The notes under the pieces are model-generated. The model searched no databases. It was given only the letters and a program-made list of their open reading frames with translations, and was not told where the DNA came from. DNA of 64,000 bases from Ignavibacteriota bacterium (lineage in GTDB: Bacteria > Bacteroidota > Ignavibacteria > UBA10030 > UBA6906), in assembly GCA_963801355.1 (NCBI GenBank), contig CAWDEM010000008.1, positions 800,001 to 864,000 of the forward strand, in the 5' to 3' direction. The translations under genes and the position numbers were made by a program. Positions 57,249 through 64,000 of the stretch are shown piece after piece (positions within the stretch are counted from its first letter, which is position 1; the number at the start of each line of letters is the position of its first letter).

Positions 57249-58397
57249 TCATTGCAGTTCCCTCCTCATGAGTGGTTCTCTCTCCCTCCAGCATTCCCAT
57301 CCCGAATGGTGCTGTTTCTCCTTTGAACGACCAAAGCGGGGCGGGCGGTAGAATACATCCACCCCATCGCTCGTCGTCGCCGGCATGACCGAGGGAAGAT
57401 CCGCACAATCACAGTGTTCCATCGCAGCCATGGGCACCTGCCCCGCCGACTTCACTGAGTTCATCGTTTGCTCGTACACACCCTGGTACGCGCGTAAGAA
57501 CTTCTGCACGCGGTCTACATCATACACTGCGACGCTCACTGTTGTCTGGATATGCTCTTTCAGTGTGTCAAATGCCAGGCCGGCATATCTCTTTGCAAAA
57601 CCGGGCACATCGACATCCCGAAAGCCGGCGTCCAATCGTTCCAGCGGTCGCATGTCGAAGTAAGACAAGTGAAGATTTTCGGGAGATGCGACGATATACC
57701 GCGCAGCTGTTCCGAGTGCACCGACGGTGTAGGGTGTACCGCCAAAACAGGTGGAAAGTAAAAGGATATCAAATCTTGAGGAATCGGCCCTGAAGCTCCT
57801 CACCCCTCGCGCGAACCCCGGGACGGTGAGTGGTCGATCGGGATAGGATGCATCATAGCCTGCACCGTCAAACTCCGGGACTTCATGACCAAAGTAGAGA
57901 AACAGGGAGACCATCCCGGGCTGATTGCCCGCGCTCAAGCGGCGATACAGCCCCATTTCAGTCTTGAGAGGCGATTCTTCCTGATCGCGCCAATACACAT
58001 CATTGGCGATGAGCCGCCCGTTCCGGTAACAATAAAAGGTCCCATCGCGAAGTGGAAAGAAGAACAGGAAGTGTCTTCTGGGTCGTTGGTGAAAAATTAA
58101 CACCTCAGCATGTGGGTTGCGCAGCGCGACCCTCTGTGCCTCAGCGAGTGCCACCTCGTCTGCCCGGTATTCGTTTCCGCCAGTATCATGGTAAAGATAA
58201 TCACCGTCACCGTGGATCACACACACGATCGAGTACGCCGTCGCCTGCACCCCCACGTCATTCTCTTGAGCTGCACGCTGAACGGGAAGCTCGGCGCCGC
58301 ACGAGGACAGCAGCACGGCGAGCGTGGCGCAAGCAACGCTCACCCACAGCATCTGGAACGGATTGGTCCTCGCCGATCTGTTCTGCGGATTCGACAT
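57249..58397 (-). CDS. Lipoprotein with clostripain/caspase-fold-like motifs
   Basis: Lipobox LSSC; 'YFGHE', 'FDILLLSTCFGG', 'YIVASPE'. Confidence 0.6.
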   Translation of the reverse strand: MSNPQNRSARTNPFQMLWVSVACATLAVLLSSCGAELPVQRAAQENDVGVQATAYSIVCVIHGDGDYLYHDTGGNEYRADEVALAEAQRVALRNPHAEVLIFHQRPRRHFLFFFPLRDGTFYCYRNGRLIANDVYWRDQEESPLKTEMGLYRRLSAGNQPGMVSLFLYFGHEVPEFDGAGYDASYPDRPLTVPGFARGVRSFRADSSRFDILLLSTCFGGTPYTVGALGTAARYIVASPENLHLSYFDMRPLERLDAGFRDVDVPGFAKRYAGLAFDTLKEHIQTTVSVAVYDVDRVQKFLRAYQGVYEQTMNSVKSAGQVPMAAMEHCDCADLPSVMPATTSDGVDVFYRPPRFGRSKEKQHHSGWECWREREPLMRRELQ

Positions 58398-58433
58398 ATC
58401 GAACGCCTGAAATGTCCTCTCAGGGTAATGTTG

Positions 58434-58898
58434 TTACAATATGAGGATGAGGATGATGACAATCAGCAGCAGTGTGACGACACTGATAGTAATCATCTGG
58501 TCAGCCTGCTCCATATCCTGGACGACATATTGAGAAAACGCATTGAGCTGCGTATCCGGTACGCGCGGGAAGCCGTTCACGCCTGCAAGCTCATCCTGTT
58601 TCTCTTGCAGCGAGGCTCTGATAAGTTCAATCCCGGCGGCATCGGCGTCGGAGACTTGCGTCGACGTTTCGACTATGTCCAGGGCTTTGCACATGCTTTG
58701 GAGTGATTCGTTAAGGATCGCACGTTTCGCGGATGGATCTTCAGTTGCTTGCACTTTGACTGCTGCATTGTTGAAGTACTGCTGCAGTTCCGCTTTGCCG
58801 CCGGCCAGTGCCGGGAGTGCCAGAACGGACATCATGATGATTAAACCGGATGCTCGTCGAGTTGTCATCGCTGTACCTTTCATGGTGTTGGGTGACAT
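58434..58898 (-). CDS. Exported protein with C-terminal TM anchor
   Basis: Signal peptide and poly-Ile/Leu tail. Confidence 0.7.
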   Translation of the reverse strand: MSPNTMKGTAMTTRRASGLIIMMSVLALPALAGGKAELQQYFNNAAVKVQATEDPSAKRAILNESLQSMCKALDIVETSTQVSDADAAGIELIRASLQEKQDELAGVNGFPRVPDTQLNAFSQYVVQDMEQADQMITISVVTLLLIVIILILIL

Positions 58899-58942
58899 TG
58901 ATCACTGTTCACAGTATGAATCTAGAGGAACACCTGTCATAA

Positions 58943-58980
58943 TGAAATCGGCCAAAGGAACGAATGGGTAGTTAATCCTT
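58943..58980 (-). promoter_or_regulatory. 38-bp regulon motif, copy 5
   Basis: TGAAATCGGCCAAAGGAACGAATGGGTAGTTAATCCTT; TAGATT 18 nt downstream. Confidence 0.65.
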
Positions 58981-59100
58981 TCGCATAGCACGGGGAACGT
59001 GGTTCCGGCTTGCCCGGGCTTATGATTTTGCTCTTCGCTTGCCCTGAACCTCTACCGACTCCGAAGGATCGCCGGAACCACGTAGGGATTTGCCCGACAG

Positions 59101-59250
59101 TCATGCGGCCCTTCGCCCACTAATCAAGTTAAACACCACAGCGATGACGGCGAGGACCAGAAGCACGTGAACGAAACCTCCCATGGTGGTGGAGGTGACC
59201 AGTCCTAAGAGCCACAGGACCAAGAGAATGATTGCGATTGTGTACAGCAT
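59101..59250 (-). CDS. lmo0937-family small membrane protein (49 aa, not in ORF track)
   Basis: MLYTIAIILLVLWLLGLVTSTTMGGFVHVLLVLAVIAVVFNLISGRRAA*; AAGGA RBS. Confidence 0.9.
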   Translation of the reverse strand: MLYTIAIILLVLWLLGLVTSTTMGGFVHVLLVLAVIAVVFNLISGRRAA

Positions 59251-59350
59251 GGTAAGTATCCTTTCTGTGTTAGACAGCTCCCGGATGTCGCTCTTGTGAA
59301 GAGCGCCGTTCGTATGAGAACTAATGAAGTATACAGGAATGAACTTCAGG

Positions 59351-59388
59351 ATGAATCGGCTGAAAGGATGAAAGGGTAGTTAATCCCC
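59351..59388 (-). promoter_or_regulatory. 38-bp regulon motif, copy 6
   Basis: ATGAATCGGCTGAAAGGATGAAAGGGTAGTTAATCCCC; TATACT 17 nt downstream. Confidence 0.72.
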
Positions 59389-59418
59389 TCCGTTTACGGC
59401 GACTACGTTGCGGTGTTG

Positions 59419-59658
59419 TCATGCCACTTTCTTGAAGTCGATATATCCGCGTTCCACATCCGTGCTGACCAGTTGCACGCGTAGCTCGTGACCGACATCC
59501 ATGCCTTCATAGCCACTCTCCAGTCTTCCTTCAATGGGTGAAGGCAGAAGACGCACCCAGGTGCCTTTGTCAGAGGCGCCGGTGACGATGGCATCGAACT
59601 TCTCTCCGATTCTGTTCTCCAGCAGTATCGCGCGGTGCTCTCCCACGTTTGTTTTCAT
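59419..59658 (-). pseudogene. C-terminal S1-like remnant of an RNB/RNase II-family ribonuclease
   Basis: 'LLENRIGEKFDAIVTGASDKGTWVRL...IEGRL...GYIDF' with no RNB catalytic domain. Confidence 0.65.
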
Positions 59659-59900
59659 TTTGATTTCTTTTTGCCAAGGAAGAGAATGCCGGCACCAACT
59701 ACTGCCATTCCGACACCCACGTACGGTTGCCAGTTCACCGTATGCTGCTTATCAGCCGTTATCTCGAGTTCCCCCAGGTCCACAACCTTCTCTTTGGTGA
59801 CATAGGTAAAGCCTGTGTACAGGGTCATTACCAGACCCGCGATGAGGAGAATGATACCGAGTGTTTTCATGCCGATTTCCTTCCTTCTGTAAGTGTTCAT
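59655..59900 (-). CDS. Small two-TM membrane protein
   Basis: 'MKTLGIILLIAG...KEKVVDLG.LEIT...P.VG'. Confidence 0.75.
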   Translation of the reverse strand: MNTYRRKEIGMKTLGIILLIAGLVMTLYTGFTYVTKEKVVDLGELEITADKQHTVNWQPYVGVGMAVVGAGILFLGKKKSK

Positions 59901-60967
59901 GTTTTTGCCTTATTCGACAACCCCGGAGAGCCCATACGGGAGATCTCAGGTCCGAGCAAAACTGCTATCCATTGTGTTTCTTCATTCTCCTCACAGGCGA
60001 GCTTCAGGGTCATGGTGAGAGGGACGCAGAGGAGTGCACCGACCACACCGAGAAGGCTCCCCCAAACAATCAACGACACGAAGACGACCAGGGTGGACAG
60101 GCCGAGTCTGCTCCCCATGATCTTTGGTTCAAGGATGTTGCCGATTACCAACCCGATCACGAGATATCCCCCCGCCGTAAGGACGGCATGCCCTGGTCCA
60201 AGTTGGAGAAGCGCCACCAGGACTGCAGGGATCGCAGCGACAACAGAGCCCAGACTCGGCACAAAGTGGAGGAGAAACGCGAGAAATCCCCACAGGACAG
60301 GGTAGTCGACGCCCAGAATGACCAGCCATAACGTTGTCAGAACGCCTGCAGCCAGGTTTATCAACGTCTTGATGACCATATAGCGTTTGATGTCGTTGAC
60401 GAACCTCGTATACTGTGGAAACACGGCTTTAGGGTTATCGAGAATAGTGCGGAGCTTGGCCGGAAAGCTTGCGGCTTCGAGCAGGATAAACATCACCGTA
60501 AAGAGAATGACCACGACATTGGAGAGCGCGGAGCTCAGTGCGGTGAACAGGGCGGCGGTGTAGTTCATCAACGCAGCAGGGTTGAGATATCCGAGCAGAA
60601 CTTTGTCGGTGACGGCAATCCCCTTTTGGGCCAGCACCGGCTTGAGCGAAAGGAGCATATCATGTAATCGGGCCTGGTAGACCGGCACTGCATTCGAGAA
60701 ATCGTTGAGCGACGCACCTATGACGGCACCAATACTCATCAGAAGAGCCACGAAAGTTGCCATCACAATTACCACCGCGGCAACTGAAGGGACACCTTTC
60801 CGTTCCATCCAGAGGACCGGCACCGTGCCGATGACAGCGAGAAAACCGGAGACAAGGAACAACACGACCACTGCTTGTGCCTGATAGATTCCCCAGATGA
60901 TAATCACGCATGTTGCCGCGATGATGAGAAGCGGCGTTCCTCGATGAGCCTCGCCCTGATCACTCAT
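59897..60967 (-). CDS. AI-2E family transporter
   Basis: 'LLHFVPSLGS', 'GNILEPKIMG', 'WGSLLGVVGALLCVPLT'. Confidence 0.92.
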   Translation of the reverse strand: MSDQGEAHRGTPLLIIAATCVIIIWGIYQAQAVVVLFLVSGFLAVIGTVPVLWMERKGVPSVAAVVIVMATFVALLMSIGAVIGASLNDFSNAVPVYQARLHDMLLSLKPVLAQKGIAVTDKVLLGYLNPAALMNYTAALFTALSSALSNVVVILFTVMFILLEAASFPAKLRTILDNPKAVFPQYTRFVNDIKRYMVIKTLINLAAGVLTTLWLVILGVDYPVLWGFLAFLLHFVPSLGSVVAAIPAVLVALLQLGPGHAVLTAGGYLVIGLVIGNILEPKIMGSRLGLSTLVVFVSLIVWGSLLGVVGALLCVPLTMTLKLACEENEETQWIAVLLGPEISRMGSPGLSNKAKT

Positions 60968-60985
60968 ACTCCCATCCTTCGTCGT

Positions 60986-62374
60986 TTAGAAGCCCACCAC
61001 ATCTCCCACTCCACTGCGAAGTGCGAACCATACAAAGCGTAAGAACGGATCGTTCCGCTGACGCATGTACTTCACTGTGCCGATCTTCACCACACCCGAG
61101 TCATCCGGCACATTCGTCCCGCGGATCTTGAAGGTGTTGGCAATGAATGAAGCGAAGAGGTCGGCGGCACCGTTCTGGCTACCCGTCTTTCTGTCGATGG
61201 CCGCAAGAATCAGATCTCTGTAGACAGCCCGCACGTTACCCCTGGCGTGCCCCGAAGAGACGGTGATATCGAATTGTGCCGACTGAAGGACCCCCGTCAC
61301 GATGCGCATCTGTTCGGCTGTTTCCAGGAACGGATTGAGTGCTCTGATGTCCATCCTGCCCATCGATCCGGAGTATTGGAACGAGAAGGCCGGCGATCCG
61401 ACCGGAATCACCATGTGCACATTCATCGCCCCCTCCTGCATGAACATTCCCTGGGCGTGCACGACAACGGTTGCACCACTGTCTCCCTGATTGGCAATCC
61501 GTTCTGCCAACACCTGCATGCTGTCAAACGAGATGAGGCCCGGTTTCGCACCGACCGCGAACCTTTCTCCGTAGCGCACACGTCCGTTCATGATGCGCAG
61601 GCTATCGACATGAAGAAGTGCCTGCATCGAAGCAAGAATCTCAGTGGGCATAACGGGATATGAAGTGTCATGGGCGGACGGCTTGTCCTTGTTGATCAGC
61701 ACATCGAGGACCGGATCGCGGATGAGGATGGAGCGGGCATCGTAAGACTCCCCTTGCAGGAGTGCGAGGCACGCCACACCTGCCACGCTGCACTGCTGAG
61801 ACGCGAGGCTGAATCGCGTAGCTCTGAACTTACTCCCTCTGAAGAACTCCTCATCGTCTGTCAGCAGATGAAGCTCCAGGACATCAGCCACGATCTCAGA
61901 ATCGGGCGCCGACAAATGCAGACGCTGACAATTGACTCTATAGTTCGACTGCAAGAAGTTTAACGCGATATCGTCTGCATCGATGACGACACCGGCAAAG
62001 TCCTCCGGCTCCAGTTTTCCTCCCCAGAGGAGATGCATCCAGCTGATCGCGCTCACGGAGTACCGCCCGATATTGCCTGAGAAAATGCCATCGACTGTGC
62101 TCAAGGCAACGGAGTCAAGTTCAAAGCGGTTCTGTGCGACGCTGTACTTCATTTCTCCGATGCGTAGCGAGTATGCGGGATACGTTTCAGCAAACGCCCC
62201 GGCAATCCTTGGTTTGATGAATCGATTCACAAAGGGATCAGGGAAGAGCAGCAGAACCAGCAGGCAGACGAGGAGCAGTGCTCCTGCGGCGGCACCTGCA
62301 TACGATGCTCTCTTCAGTAGAGACGGCTTCTGTCGCTCAGCCGTTGAATGCCCGTTCTGCATGAGGTCTATCAC
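60986..62374 (-). CDS. Membrane-anchored AsmA/DUF748-like beta-rich protein
   Basis: N-terminal TM helix, beta-rich body, C-terminal 'R...PFLRFVW.AL.SG'. Confidence 0.6.
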   Translation of the reverse strand: MIDLMQNGHSTAERQKPSLLKRASYAGAAAGALLLVCLLVLLLFPDPFVNRFIKPRIAGAFAETYPAYSLRIGEMKYSVAQNRFELDSVALSTVDGIFSGNIGRYSVSAISWMHLLWGGKLEPEDFAGVVIDADDIALNFLQSNYRVNCQRLHLSAPDSEIVADVLELHLLTDDEEFFRGSKFRATRFSLASQQCSVAGVACLALLQGESYDARSILIRDPVLDVLINKDKPSAHDTSYPVMPTEILASMQALLHVDSLRIMNGRVRYGERFAVGAKPGLISFDSMQVLAERIANQGDSGATVVVHAQGMFMQEGAMNVHMVIPVGSPAFSFQYSGSMGRMDIRALNPFLETAEQMRIVTGVLQSAQFDITVSSGHARGNVRAVYRDLILAAIDRKTGSQNGAADLFASFIANTFKIRGTNVPDDSGVVKIGTVKYMRQRNDPFLRFVWFALRSGVGDVVGF

Positions 62375-62405
62375 ACTGCTTTCTTTCTCCCGAGACCTGG
62401 ACAGG

Positions 62406-63017
62406 TCAAAGCACGCTCACGAGGGCAGCCAGCCCCGACGCCATGATCAAGACGCCGGCGATTCTGTTGACCCATCGGAGTCCACCCGAGTTCAGCTTCT
62501 TTCTGAAGAATGTGGCAATGGCACCAAGGACCACGAACCAGAGAGATGCTCCCGCAAACACTCCCAGGACAAGAATAGACGCTGAAACGATCTTCATCGT
62601 ATGTCCCAGTCCAAACGCAGCGAAAACAGCAATAAAGGCAAAGATGGTCACCGGATTGGTGAGTGCGAGGAGAAATGCGGAGACATACGACCCCAATTTC
62701 CCCTTGTTGTCGAAGGGGATGATAGGATCCTTACGCTTGGCGCGGAATGTCCTCAGGCCAAGGAACAGAAGCAATACTCCTCCACCAAGACGCAGCCACA
62801 ACTCCTGGCTGGTGATCGCATCCGAGACAAACGTGAGACCGAACGCAGCAATGCTGCCGAAGAGTGCATCGGCGGTGGCAGCCCCAAAACCGACGATGAG
62901 TCCGCGGATGCGCCCTTCTGCGAGCGTTTTGCGTATGCACAGAATGCCGAGCGGTCCGACGGGCACCGCCATCGCAAAACCAATTATCAGTCCTTTGAAG
63001 AAGAAAATCGGCTCCAT
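62406..63017 (-). CDS. LysE family translocator
   Basis: 'AVPVGP...G...G.GAATAD', 'LTNP.TI'. Confidence 0.92.
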   Translation of the reverse strand: MEPIFFFKGLIIGFAMAVPVGPLGILCIRKTLAEGRIRGLIVGFGAATADALFGSIAAFGLTFVSDAITSQELWLRLGGGVLLLFLGLRTFRAKRKDPIIPFDNKGKLGSYVSAFLLALTNPVTIFAFIAVFAAFGLGHTMKIVSASILVLGVFAGASLWFVVLGAIATFFRKKLNSGGLRWVNRIAGVLIMASGLAALVSVL

Positions 63018-63180
63018 ACTCTCGGTTGCCTGGCGACTGAAGGATCTGCGCTAATTCTGAAGAGACATTCCGCCCACCAACGTCCACATCGCCTTATCGG
63101 TGGCCGAACCGGTAACACTACAAGGGACCCGGAATATTCCCAGGTCCCGTGTATCCCACCAAGTGCTTCATGCCTGACGA

Positions 63181-63990
63181 CTATTTGGCGACGATGATCT
63201 CAACCCGCCGATTGTTCGCCCGGCCTTCGGCGCTGGTATTTGCTGCAACCGGTCTGTCTTCACCAATCCCGTGCGCTTCAATCATATCACCCGGGTAGCC
63301 ACGAGAGATGATATACGAGCGGACTGCATCCGCACGCCGCTGCGACAGCTCCTGGTTGGAGCTGGAAGAACCCTGGGAATCCGTGTGACCTTCAACGATA
63401 AGCTTCCGGTCTTTTGTCATCAAGAGCGCATCGGCAACCTGGTTCAGCCGTGTCTGCGCCGCGGACGAGAGCTCTGACTTGTTCGAAGTAAACAGGACGC
63501 TTCCCGAGAGCGTAATGACAAGACCGCGAGCTTCTTCTTTCACTGCTGCGAGTTTCGCGAGATCTGCTTGTGCAGTAGCCAACCTTGCGTCTGCCTCGGC
63601 CCGTGCTTTTTGCTCAATCGCAAGGTCCGCTTTCGCCTTCGCTGCAATATCCGCCTGTGTTTTCTCGAGCTCCTTAGCTGCTTTAGCAGCGACTGCATTT
63701 TCAGCGACGGTGGTGGCTAGCGCTTCGGCCATCTTGGCTTTGCGATTCGCGACATAGGCGAGATCCTTCGTACGGAATGACTTAGGCTCGTCCAGGAACG
63801 ACTTCTCGGCGAGTGCAAGAGCCTCTTGTGCCTTATGCAGTTCTGCCGGCACCAATTGTGCCGCCTGCCCCGCACTTGCGTGCTGGTACGCTTGACGTGC
63901 CTCGATGAGCTCTGTCGGGGGAAGGGTAGTGCCGCAGCCAACCAGAAGTCCGGCGCATGCGACGATGATAAGCGATGTGATGGGTTTCAT
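63181..63990 (-). CDS. OmpA-family lipoprotein with DUF4398-like N-terminus
   Basis: Lipobox LVGC, 'VEGHTDSQG...LSQRRA...NRRVEI'. Confidence 0.92.
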   Translation of the reverse strand: MKPITSLIIVACAGLLVGCGTTLPPTELIEARQAYQHASAGQAAQLVPAELHKAQEALALAEKSFLDEPKSFRTKDLAYVANRKAKMAEALATTVAENAVAAKAAKELEKTQADIAAKAKADLAIEQKARAEADARLATAQADLAKLAAVKEEARGLVITLSGSVLFTSNKSELSSAAQTRLNQVADALLMTKDRKLIVEGHTDSQGSSSSNQELSQRRADAVRSYIISRGYPGDMIEAHGIGEDRPVAANTSAEGRANNRRVEIIVAK

Positions 63991-64000
63991 GGCTAATTCC

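Overview
Bacterial chromosomal DNA, most likely Ignavibacteriota or another FCB-group lineage (two proteins end in the 'YPNPFNPST' T9SS type-A sorting domain). The left 36.6 kb is dominated by a ~34.5 kb integrative element bounded by a 45-bp direct repeat (2080-2124 / 36559-36603) that matches the 5' half of a tRNA-Arg(CCT). The element encodes a tyrosine integrase and a P4-type primase-helicase with an iteron-like origin embedded in its 3' end. It also carries a type III restriction-modification locus flanked by HNH-like genes, a decaying array of integron-type cassettes in which two attC sites appear to be split open around passenger genes, and a retron. The retron is the standout: structured leader RNA, then an unannotated 43-aa basic/amphipathic peptide whose Shine-Dalgarno has complementary anti-SD sequences on both sides, then an XRE-HTH and the RT (type VI-like layout). 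I recognised no virion or conjugation genes. The right 27 kb holds secreted proteins and a GH36 enzyme, then an osmotic/general-stress cluster (cyclic beta-1,2-glucan synthase, KtrAB, CbpA, GlsB, lmo0937-like, AI-2E, LysE, OmpA). Six promoters in this part share a 38-bp motif placed 16-18 nt before a -10 hexamer. All calls come from reading the sequence by eye; no searches were run.
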